Below are positions 48,844-57,747 of a DNA stretch of 64,000 nt, piece after piece. Made by a program: the position numbers and the translations under genes. The stretch is from positions 99 to 64,098 of the forward strand of contig CAACVY010000003.1 in assembly GCA_900661335.1 (NCBI GenBank), read 5' to 3'. Within the stretch, counting starts at the first letter, position 1. Every line of letters begins with the position of its first letter. Below the pieces are notes generated by a model. It worked only from the letters and a program-made list of their open reading frames with translations. It did no database searches and was not told the DNA's origin. The stretch comes from an uncultured bacterium. Lineage in GTDB: Bacteria; Verrucomicrobiota; Kiritimatiellia; PWTM01.

Positions 48844-51800
48844 GTGCGCTCTGGGTTTGTCCATTTGCACGTCCACACGGAATTTAGCTTGCTCGACAGC
48901 CTCGTTCGAATTCCCGCGCTCGTCGAGCGAGTGGCGCAGCTGGAGATGCCCGCGGTAGCGATCACGGACTCGGGCAACCTGTACGGCGCCGTCCGCTTTT
49001 ACCGCGAGGCGCGCCGCCGAGGGTTGAAGCCGATTCTGGGTGTGGAGCTTGAAGTCGCGCCGCTGGTCTATTCGCTGCAGCTTGAAGCGGAGTCAAATCC
49101 CGACCTGGTGTTGCTGGCGGAGACGCCCGAGGGGTGGAGTTCATTGCGCGAGCTGGTGAGCGAAGCGCACTGGGTGAACCCGCCGCCGGCCCGGCCTGTG
49201 GCCACGGTGGACATGCTCGCCCGTTGGACGCGTGGGCTAATCGTGTTGACGGGAGGCAACAACGGAGAGATCGCGCGGCTTTGTCGCGCCGGGCAACTCG
49301 ATGCAGCGGACGCCGCGCTGCGACAGCTGGTCGAGCTATTCGGCCGCGAGCAAGTGTTCGTGGAACTGGCGAATCAAGGGCTGCCCGGACAAGCGGAACT
49401 TCGGCAGGCGCTTCGGGAGCTCGCGCGCCGTGTGGGTGTCGCATGCGTGGCAACCAACAACGTTCACTATCTCTCGCCCGCGGACGCGACCGCGCACCAG
49501 CATCTCCGTAGCTGGCGCCGGGGGGCCACATACCGGGAGCTGGGGTATTCGGACCAGTTTCATCTCCGGTCGGCCGAAGAGATGTACGCGGCGTTTGTAG
49601 AGGATCCCGCCGCGGTCCAGCGCACTTTGGACATCGCCGAGCGCTGCCAAGCCACCCTGTACGTAGGCGATGGCCCGTCCGTCCCGGGCGTGGAGCTGCC
49701 CGCCGACCTGCAGCCCGAGATGCCGGCCGCGTACCGTGAGGAGTTGTACCTGCGGCGGTTGGCCACGGAGGCATTGCGCCGCCGCGCGCCGCACCTGCAA
49801 GGAGGCCTCGCCCTATACGAACGGCGGCTGGCCGCGGAGTTGGAGGCCGTGGGGCGCGCGGGGGCCGTGCGGCGCGTGTTGTGGTTCCGGGAGATCGTCC
49901 ACGCGGCGCGACGCGATGGATGGTCGTTGGGCGTGGCCCGGCCCAGTTGGACTTCGAGCTTGTTGTCGTGGCTGTTCGGGCTCACTGACGTGGATCCCGT
50001 GGACGAGGATGTTCCCCCGGACTCCTTCATCAACACGGAGCGGCCCGAAGCTCCCGAGCTCGCCTTGGAAGTCTCCCCGCTGCATCGAAGTGCGTTCGTG
50101 CGGTGGTTAATCAGGCGGATCGGGACCGACCGCGCCGGCCACACGATCACGTTCGGCGTGTTTGGCTGGCGGTCGGTGTTGCGAGAGCTGGCGCGGGGCC
50201 AAGGTTGGTCGCCGTCGGACACCGACGCGTTCATTCGGCGGATTCATGTGGACGACGGAGGACCGCTGGGGGCGACGGTGGCGGCGGTCAGTCGCCAGCT
50301 TGCGGAGCTTGGTCGGGAGGAGTGGGCCCGGATCCTGACGGCCGTGGCGGGTCTGCCTCGGAATCCGTCGGCGCACCCGACTGCGCTGGTGGTGTCGGAC
50401 CGTGCCCTGCGTACGCACGTTCCGGTTGCACGCACACCGGAGGGATTTTTGATTACGCAGTGGGATGCGGAGACGGTCGCACGTATGGGACCGGTTCGGT
50501 TGGATGTGGTTTCCCATGCAGGGGCGGTGTGGCTGAGCCCCGGCCCGGACGCGGAGGTGGGGCCATGCGAATCGAATGAACTTTCGGCCACACTGGCCGC
50601 GCTCGCCATGGGCGATCTGGTCGGCATTCCCTACGTGGACGCACCTGCGATTCGAGAGCGGCTGCGTCGAGAAGGCCTTCGCCATTGGCGCGAACTCGCC
50701 CAGTGGTTTGCGTGCGCGCCCTCCGAAAACCGCGACGCGACCGCAGCGACGTCCAAGCGGACCCCACTGGCCGAACCGGGCCGCGGCCGTCGCGCGCGAT
50801 GGTGGGGACTGCTGCGGGGCACGAATGGCCAGCTGCTGTTCGTGGAGCAGGCTCAGCGGTGGGCCGAGTGGATTGGCGGCTTCACTCCGGCGCGATCGGA
50901 CTTGCTGCGCCGTGCGGTGGTATCCCGCGACGAGGAGCTGATCGCGCGACTTTGGAAGTTGTTCGTTCGTGGCGCCTCCCAGCGGAAACTTTTGTCCGAC
51001 GAAGCGCGGTGGTACTGGGAACAGATTCTCGATACTTTAGCTCGACGCGTCAGCCGTACGCGGTTCTTGGCACAAGCTCGAGCGGTATGCCGCGCGGTGC
51101 GAACTCGCGAGCGCGACCCGTGGTCATGGCTGGCCCAGGCCTTGGACGCGCACGAAAGTGGGTCTCCCATGCGCCTGTGCTTGGTCCGCGAGGCACTGGT
51201 CCGCGGGTGGGTCCTTCGTGGGCCGGACTTGAATCAAAGTCGCGCGGTGACGGTACGCGAAGCTGATGGCGTTCGCCTCGGTCTTCTCGGCGTGCAGGGA
51301 CTGAACGAGCACGCGGTCGATGCCTGGCTGCGCGAGCGTGACCGTCGGGGACCATTCCGTAGTGTCGCCGACTTCATCCAACGGGTGGACATGCAGCAGT
51401 GGACTCGGGCTATGGCCGGGGCGTTGGTCAGCAGTGGGGCGTTGGACGGCTTAGGTGCTTCTCGCGATGCCGCGGCCGTGGAGTTAGAAGCGGGTTTGTT
51501 CGGGGCAAGTTCGGGCCGAGCGGTGGAGATGCCTCGGCGCACGCGATGGAGCGAGGAGCGAGAGGTTCTGGGTTTTCCGGTGAGCCCGCATCCTCTGGCC
51601 GAATGGGCGTGGCTTCTGTCGTTAGCAGGATTCCTCGGATGGGCCTCCGCGGACGCGGGTGTGGGAATGTGCGTCCCCTTGGCCGGAGTACTGGTGGAGC
51701 GGCGTACCGCGGGCGGGCGGGAACAGATTCGGTTCGACTGGTGGTCTGGCGAGGCCTGGGTCGACATGGAGGAAGGGGGAGATTCCAACGTGGAGGTGTT

Positions 51801-52137
51801 GGACGGCGAAGCCGGATGGGTAGTGGCCACCCAGGTGAGGGAAGATCTTTGGCGAGCCCGGGGCCCGATACGTCGGATCGACGAAATCGACGCGCATCTG
51901 CGTCAGTTGCACATTTCGCCGCCGAGCTGGATGACATGGCGGCAGATCGCCAAGGCGTTGGAAGAGGTCGTTGCGCAATGGCCAGGGGAGATCCCGGTGT
52001 GCGTCAACGCCGTCGGCCAGCGCGGATCGCGGCGAAACGGTGCGCGCGTGAGGCTGGGTTGCGAATGCGTGAGAGCATTGGCCCGAGCGTTCGGACTTGC
52101 CTCGCTTCAGGTGAAGCTTGACCTGGGAAGAGAGTAA
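48844..52137 (+). CDS. DNA polymerase III alpha (DnaE)-like protein with intact-looking PHP domain but degenerate polymerase active site
   Basis: GTG start. The PHP N-terminus is FVHLHVHTEFSLLDS...AITDSGNLYGAVRFY...KPILGVELEV...VATNNVHYL. The palm/fingers are colinear with E. coli DnaE but the key blocks are altered: GPGRGSGAGS becomes GVARPSWTSS, FERFLNPERVSMPDFDVDF becomes PDSFINTERPEAPELALEV, HAGGVVI becomes HPTALVV, and GFNKSHS becomes RVSRTRF. Confidence 0.75.
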   Translation: MRSGFVHLHVHTEFSLLDSLVRIPALVERVAQLEMPAVAITDSGNLYGAVRFYREARRRGLKPILGVELEVAPLVYSLQLEAESNPDLVLLAETPEGWSSLRELVSEAHWVNPPPARPVATVDMLARWTRGLIVLTGGNNGEIARLCRAGQLDAADAALRQLVELFGREQVFVELANQGLPGQAELRQALRELARRVGVACVATNNVHYLSPADATAHQHLRSWRRGATYRELGYSDQFHLRSAEEMYAAFVEDPAAVQRTLDIAERCQATLYVGDGPSVPGVELPADLQPEMPAAYREELYLRRLATEALRRRAPHLQGGLALYERRLAAELEAVGRAGAVRRVLWFREIVHAARRDGWSLGVARPSWTSSLLSWLFGLTDVDPVDEDVPPDSFINTERPEAPELALEVSPLHRSAFVRWLIRRIGTDRAGHTITFGVFGWRSVLRELARGQGWSPSDTDAFIRRIHVDDGGPLGATVAAVSRQLAELGREEWARILTAVAGLPRNPSAHPTALVVSDRALRTHVPVARTPEGFLITQWDAETVARMGPVRLDVVSHAGAVWLSPGPDAEVGPCESNELSATLAALAMGDLVGIPYVDAPAIRERLRREGLRHWRELAQWFACAPSENRDATAATSKRTPLAEPGRGRRARWWGLLRGTNGQLLFVEQAQRWAEWIGGFTPARSDLLRRAVVSRDEELIARLWKLFVRGASQRKLLSDEARWYWEQILDTLARRVSRTRFLAQARAVCRAVRTRERDPWSWLAQALDAHESGSPMRLCLVREALVRGWVLRGPDLNQSRAVTVREADGVRLGLLGVQGLNEHAVDAWLRERDRRGPFRSVADFIQRVDMQQWTRAMAGALVSSGALDGLGASRDAAAVELEAGLFGASSGRAVEMPRRTRWSEEREVLGFPVSPHPLAEWAWLLSLAGFLGWASADAGVGMCVPLAGVLVERRTAGGREQIRFDWWSGEAWVDMEEGGDSNVEVLDGEAGWVVATQVREDLWRARGPIRRIDEIDAHLRQLHISPPSWMTWRQIAKALEEVVAQWPGEIPVCVNAVGQRGSRRNGARVRLGCECVRALARAFGLASLQVKLDLGRE

Positions 52138-52156
52138 AATAAAATTCAACGAAGTA

Positions 52157-54920
52157 ATGCGCCGTTTATTGTCCGTTGCTTTCGTGGTCGGCCTGTCGGT
52201 GTCGGGCATGATCCCGATCGCCCTCGGGCAAGACACATATAAGGAGACGTGGGCCGCGGCCGCCTCCGCGCTGGCGCGCGGAGCGTACGAGGATGCGATC
52301 CCGCCGCTGCGGAAGCTGATCGAGTGGTTCGGCGACACGGACAAGGCCAGCATGAAGGCTGAGATGGAGTCGGTGTACTACCATCTCGGGCTGTGCCACT
52401 TGTTTCTTGGCCAGTTCAGTGAAGCCCGCGAGGTGTTCAATACATACCTTAAAAAATTTCAGTACGGCGCCCACGCCTCGTTGGTGGCAATTTTCATCGG
52501 CGACACCTATCGGTACGAAGGCAAGACGGGCGACGCATTGGGTGCGTACGAAAAAGCCCTGAAGTCCTACGAGTACAACCTGGATCTGAAGACGGATCTC
52601 TGGGTGTGCATGGCTAAGTGCCACTTGGCGACGGAGAAGTGGTCGGCGGCCGAACCGCTGTTGCTGCAGGTCTACCGGAATGCGCCGGATGGCTATCGTC
52701 GGAACTGGGCAGCGGCGATGTTGGCCACTGCGTACTTAAAGGACCACCAGCCGGACAAGGTGTATCCGATGGTCCCGTTGCTGCTGCAGCGGGATTCCTT
52801 TGCTGCGCGTAGTGTGGCGCTGAACATGGCGGCCTTGGAGGAGGGCGACCGGCTGTTCATGGAGGACAAATATCGCGACGCGTTGTGGGTGTACCGGGTT
52901 GGTGTATCCCCACGACCTCTTGCGCCTCAATGCCCAGACCCAACTCGAGCGGTGGCGGTTGCAAGTTCGTCGGTTCCAGCGGTACCTGGGGTTCGCACGC
53001 GAACTGTTGCGGGCGCAGGAGACGGTTTCCGAGATCGAGAGCGAGCTCCAGGCGATCGAGAAAATTCCGAACTACGATGTGGAGCTTCAGTACCGCATTG
53101 CGCGCGGGTACATGGAAACGCGTCGGCTTCGCGAGGCCTCCGAACTTTTCTACGCATTGTACAAGGATGCGCCACCGGAAAAGAAAGAAGAGACGCTGTA
53201 CCTCTCGTTTTTGTGCGCGCTTCGAATTCGGCCGGCCGACCGGTGTCTGGCGCGCGGGCATGAGTACATGGACCGATACCCCGGGGGGCCGCACTACGAT
53301 GCGGTGTCGTTGGGTGTGGGGCAGATCTACGCGGCGGAGCAGAACTGGCCCAAGGTGTTGCAAGTGCTCACGAAAGCCCTGGAGGTGCATCCCAAGCACG
53401 AGGACATTGCGGAGGTGCTGTTCTTGCTCGGCTATGCATCCTTCATGGAGGAAAAATTCGCCGACGCCCAAGGGTATTTGGGGCGCATTGTGAAGGAGTA
53501 TCCGGGCAGCGAGCGCGAGGTGGACGCGCTGTACTGGCTGGGCATGGCGTACATGTTCGACCGAAAGTACGAGGAGGCGCAGCCGAACTTCGATCGAATT
53601 TTGCGCGACTTCGGAACCGCCATGTATGCGGAGGACGCACTGTTTCGCTCCGCCACGTGCGACTATGCGCTGAGCCGATTTGAGGAGGCGGAGCGCAAGC
53701 TGCTGCGCTTCTTGGAGCGGTATCCCGAGAGCCGACTCAGGGGCGAGGCGCTCGTGACGCTGGGCGACATTTCTGGCGCGCTGGGTGAGTTGGAGGAAGC
53801 CGTGCGCCGGTACAAGCAGGGGATGGAGGTCCCGGACCTGAACATCGAACTCTACAACCATGCCGCGTTCCGTGCCGGCGAGATGCTGCGGGAACTTCAA
53901 CGTTACGACGATGCCATCCGGCACTTTGAGGACTACATCGCTCGCGCTCGGCCGGAGTCGAACATTCCGCTCGCGATTTATTGGATCGGCGAATGCTACT
54001 GGGACAAAGGCGAGCCCGAGGTGACGCTCGCGCGCTTTCTCGAGGCGGTGGAAAAGTACGGCGGCGATCGCACCGAACTGGGCGTGGATTTGATTCTGGA
54101 GAAGTGGGTGGACCGCACGCGCGGCGCGGGATCCCATGGTCGGGCGGCTTGGAGCCGGTTGCGCGACCTGCTGCGCCGCGCATTGGAGTCCCGGCAGTAC
54201 ACGTTGGCGCTTCGGCTAGAACGCGTGTTGATGTATTCGCCGGAGACCTCGGACACTGAAAAAGAGGCGATGCGGAAGTTCATCTTGCGCCCGGAAAGCC
54301 TCAAGTGGGCCAGCGCAGGCGTTCTCGAGTGGATCGTGCAAGAGGCGGCGGCGAGTCAACCCCAGCTGGCGCGAGAGGCGGCGGAAACACTCGTCCGCGA
54401 CTTCACCGAAACGGACTACGCGTTGAGCGCGCGGCAACTCATTGCGGAGCAAGCAATCGCGGAAAAGAACTGGGACCTGGCCATCGTCCAGTACAACATT
54501 ATCCGCGAAGTGTTTGCGACGTCCGACGCCGCCGCGGATGCGCTGTTGAAGCTCGGCAAGCTGTATCAGGAGAAAGGGGAGTATGATCTGGCGGACCAGG
54601 CGTACCGCGATTTCCTGGCGGCCAAGGAGTGGAAGGCCCGATGGCCCGAGGCCCTATACGAGCGTGGGCGGCTTTGGATGGCCCGGGGGCGGTACGAAGA
54701 AGCCGCGGCGTACTTCGAACGCATCTACGTGCTTTATGGCGGACACAAGGAATGGGTCGGGCGGGCGTACCTGGCGCGCGCGGAATGTCTTGCCAAGTTG
54801 GGGCGGTTCCGCGGTGCCATTGAAACGTTGGAGGAGTTTGTTGGCCGACCAGAGTACGCGGATCTGCCCGAGGTGGCCCAAGCCCGTGAGATGCAAGAGC
54901 GATTGAAGGCCAAGCTGTGA
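52157..54920 (+). pseudogene. large secreted TPR-repeat protein interrupted by a +1 frameshift near 52895-52899 (or a sequencing error)
   Basis: Frame A (52157..about 52897) encodes the signal MRRLLSVAFVVGLSVSGMIPIALG plus TPR-like helices, ending in ...DKYRDALWVYR. Frame B is open from 52824 and continues LVYPHDLLRLNAQ... with TPR repeats to 54920. After the junction, frame A becomes a Pro/Arg/Ala-rich sequence that does not look like protein. The junction lies in the run CGGG TTG. Confidence 0.65.
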
Positions 54921-55990
54921 TCCGAGCAACTTCCATCCTCGGCGGTTGGATCTGTGGGGCCTTGGTGGCCTATGGTCAAGGCGCCAGTGGGCCGCAGACG
55001 GCCACCGTCGCGCGGGCCGCCGCCGAACCCGGGGTGTTGGTGCGTCTGGTCAAGGAAAACGAAGCCCAACGCGAAGTGCTGTTGGTCCGGCGGCAGGGCG
55101 ATGTAATCTTCTTTCGGCTGACGAACTCGCCGCCAGGGGTGTACTCGCAGTTCAAAGCCGCAGACTGGGATGAGGCAGAGTTTAAAATCCAGATTCCGGA
55201 ACAAGCGGCCTACCTGGAGGCATCGCGTCGCCAGTGGGCGTCCGCCGCGCGTCGGCTGCACGTGGCCATTGCGCCGGCGTTGCCGTTTTTGGACTTGCCT
55301 CAGAACAACGTGTTCGAGCCCGCGGTGCGCACGGCGTGGTACTATGTGCGAGCGGCGCAGCAAGCGGCGCGCCGTGGCGAGGGCGGGCAAGCGGACGCAC
55401 GTACGTACTACACCGCCGCCTACGAGGTGTTTCGTGAGGCCGGGCGTGCCGCGTCGTGGCATCCGTACGGGCAGTGTGCCGCCATCCGCGCTACGCTGTG
55501 CCTCGTGGAGTTGGGGCGGCTCGACGAGGCCGAGGCCGGGTTGGCGAAACTTCCCGAGCCTGAGATCGGCGACACGGCCTGGGGCGTGTACTGGTTGGCC
55601 CGTGCGCAGCTCTACTACGCGCGCGAACAACCCCGCTACGCGCTGGAAGCGGCCATTCTCTCCTACCTGCACGAGAACAAGGACGTGGAAACTTTCCCCG
55701 ACGCCCTCATGTTGGCCGCGCAGTGCTACGAAGACGTCAACGAGGTCCATCGCGCGCGCGACGTCTACTACGAAGTCGCGCGGCTGTTCCCGGGCACGGA
55801 TTGGGGGGATGAAGCGCGGGCTAGGTTAGTAAACATCATGGAACGCCGCATGACCGAGCGCCCCGAGGACCCCAACATCGCCGGAATTTTCTTTGGCACC
55901 GAAGAGGACATGAACGAAAAGGTCCGGAAGTTCTTGAAGGAGACCGAACCGAAACTGAATAGTTCCACGACAGGAGACAAGCAACCATGA
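54917..55990 (+). CDS. secreted TPR-like helical repeat protein
   Basis: The GTG at 54917 overlaps the upstream stop (GTGA). The signal is SILGGWICGALVAYGQG. Helical repeats are present (YYTAAYEVFREAG..., WLARAQLYYAREQPRYALEAA..., AAQCYEDVNEVHRARDVYYEVARLFPGT). Confidence 0.7.
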   Translation: MIRATSILGGWICGALVAYGQGASGPQTATVARAAAEPGVLVRLVKENEAQREVLLVRRQGDVIFFRLTNSPPGVYSQFKAADWDEAEFKIQIPEQAAYLEASRRQWASAARRLHVAIAPALPFLDLPQNNVFEPAVRTAWYYVRAAQQAARRGEGGQADARTYYTAAYEVFREAGRAASWHPYGQCAAIRATLCLVELGRLDEAEAGLAKLPEPEIGDTAWGVYWLARAQLYYAREQPRYALEAAILSYLHENKDVETFPDALMLAAQCYEDVNEVHRARDVYYEVARLFPGTDWGDEARARLVNIMERRMTERPEDPNIAGIFFGTEEDMNEKVRKFLKETEPKLNSSTTGDKQP

Positions 55991-56868
55991 CCCTACGAAC
56001 CTCACGCAGCATCGGAGTTTGGATGTTGGCGATCGCTCTCGGCTGGGGCGCGATGGCTTGGGCCCAGCAGGCCTCACCGGCGGTCGCCCAGCCACCCCCC
56101 ACCAAAGATGTGGAAGTGAAGATCACTTTGTGGGACCTCTGGGTGACGGGCGGGTGGGCGATGTATCCCATCGCACTCCTCTCTATCCTGGGGGCGGCGC
56201 TGACTGTGCATGGGTTCCTGTTCACGCGCCCGGAGAAAATGGTCCAATCGCACCTGGTGCCGATATTGCAGTCGCACATCAACAACCTGGATTTTCGTGC
56301 GGCCAGCGCGCTGTGTGCACAGAACCCCGGGGTCTTGACCAACATCGTCAATGCCGGCCTGCTTCGGTTGGCGGACGGCATTACGGACGTCGCCGTGCTA
56401 GAGAAGGCCATGGAAGAGGCCGCGGTGGAGGAAAACACCAATGGCCTGCGGCCTATCAGTTACCTCTCGATCTTCGCGTCCACCGCGCCAATGTTCGGAC
56501 TGCTGGGTACGGTGAGCGGTATGATCAAGGCGTTCCAAAAAATCGGGTTGGGGGCGATGGGCAACCCTGAAAAGCTTGCCGGAAACATTGGCGAGGCCAT
56601 GATCACCACGGCGTTTGGGTTGATCGTGGGCATTCCGCTGATGTTCTTCTATTTCTACCTCAAGTCTAGGTTTCAAGGGAACATGGCGCGCATCGGGCGC
56701 TTGGCGGGCAACCTCACCCACCACATGTCCTCGATCTTTGACCGACTCCGTACCGGCGAGCTGCCGTTGGATCGCGTGACGTTACCGGAACTGATGATGC
56801 CGTTGCCCGCGGCGAGCCCCGCGCCGGCTACATCGCCAGCCCCAACGACGTCGACCCCCGGAGCTTGA
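55987..56868 (+). CDS. exbB: MotA/TolQ/ExbB proton-channel family protein
   Basis: The ATG overlaps the upstream stop (ATGA). APMFGLLGTVSGMIKAF...NIGEAMITTAFGLIVGIPLMFFY is the canonical ExbB/TolQ TM2-TM3 block. Confidence 0.88.
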   Translation: MTLRTSRSIGVWMLAIALGWGAMAWAQQASPAVAQPPPTKDVEVKITLWDLWVTGGWAMYPIALLSILGAALTVHGFLFTRPEKMVQSHLVPILQSHINNLDFRAASALCAQNPGVLTNIVNAGLLRLADGITDVAVLEKAMEEAAVEENTNGLRPISYLSIFASTAPMFGLLGTVSGMIKAFQKIGLGAMGNPEKLAGNIGEAMITTAFGLIVGIPLMFFYFYLKSRFQGNMARIGRLAGNLTHHMSSIFDRLRTGELPLDRVTLPELMMPLPAASPAPATSPAPTTSTPGA

Positions 56869-56870
56869 CC

Positions 56871-57296
56871 ATGAGGCTGATCCGCGAAGACGTCGAAGAA
56901 GCTAAGTTCCAGATGGCGCCCATGATCGACATGGTGTTTCTGCTGTTGGTCTTTTTCATGTGCGCCTCGCAGATCAGCCAGAACAAGGCATTGCAGCTGG
57001 AGCTTCCCGTGGCGACCAAAGGCGTCGTTCCCAAGGAACGACCCACTCGTTGGATCGTCAACATCTTCGCGGATGGACAATTGTTCAGCGGCGATCGGCC
57101 GTGTTCAGTGGACGAGCTCAAGGCCGAAGTTTCTCGACGGCTTCGAGAAGAGCCGAATACGAAGATCTACCTGCGCGCGGACGCCAAGGCAGAGTACCGT
57201 CACATCAAAAAGGTGCTCGAGGCCATGGCCTCGATCGGCGTGGATGATTTCATTTTTGCCGTGTTCAACCCCAGCGAGAGTGCACTTTCCCCATGA
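56871..57296 (+). CDS. exbD: ExbD/TolR biopolymer transport protein (copy 1)
   Basis: FQMAPMIDMVFLLLVFFM contains the conserved TM Asp, followed by the periplasmic domain KIYLRADAKAEYRHIKKVLEAMASIG. Confidence 0.85.
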   Translation: MRLIREDVEEAKFQMAPMIDMVFLLLVFFMCASQISQNKALQLELPVATKGVVPKERPTRWIVNIFADGQLFSGDRPCSVDELKAEVSRRLREEPNTKIYLRADAKAEYRHIKKVLEAMASIGVDDFIFAVFNPSESALSP

Positions 57297-57730
57297 AGTT
57301 CCCTACGTTCGAGATCGAAGACCCGGACATCAACGTCTCCTCGCTGATTGACATGGTGTTCCTCCTGTTGTCCTATTTCATTGTGTCGGCCAGCTTGGTC
57401 CGCTCCGAGGCGGATCTCGGGATTCGCCTGCCGGGCATGCTGGCCCAAGCGCAGACGGTGGACATGGCCGACGAACAGATCATCGAGATCCGTGATACCG
57501 GTCGAGTGGTGCTGAACGGGTTGGAGTACGACTCGCCCGACTCGACGGAGCTGCCTCAACTGGTCCAGGTGTTGACCCGGTACCGATTAGCCTCCGAGGC
57601 GGCGCGCGCCGAGCCAATGATCACATTGCAACCCGACGACAAGGCCCGCCACCAACGGGTGGTGGACGTAATGAACGCCTGCGCGCGGGCAGGGATCAAG
57701 AACGTGACCTTCGCCGCCGGAGGTGGCTAA
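57293..57730 (+). CDS. exbD: ExbD/TolR biopolymer transport protein (copy 2)
   Basis: ATGA overlap with copy 1. INVSSLIDMVFLLLSYFIV contains the TM Asp, followed by ITLQPDDKARHQRVVDVMNACARAG. Confidence 0.85.
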   Translation: MKFPTFEIEDPDINVSSLIDMVFLLLSYFIVSASLVRSEADLGIRLPGMLAQAQTVDMADEQIIEIRDTGRVVLNGLEYDSPDSTELPQLVQVLTRYRLASEAARAEPMITLQPDDKARHQRVVDVMNACARAGIKNVTFAAGGG

Positions 57731-57747
57731 GCTAGGAGGGTCGCGCA

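Noticed and set aside
52857-55750. Minus-strand ORFs of 426 aa (52857..54137) and 338 aa (54734..55750).
   Set aside because: They are antisense to the TPR genes. They are rich in Arg/His/Leu/Pro and have no motif support.
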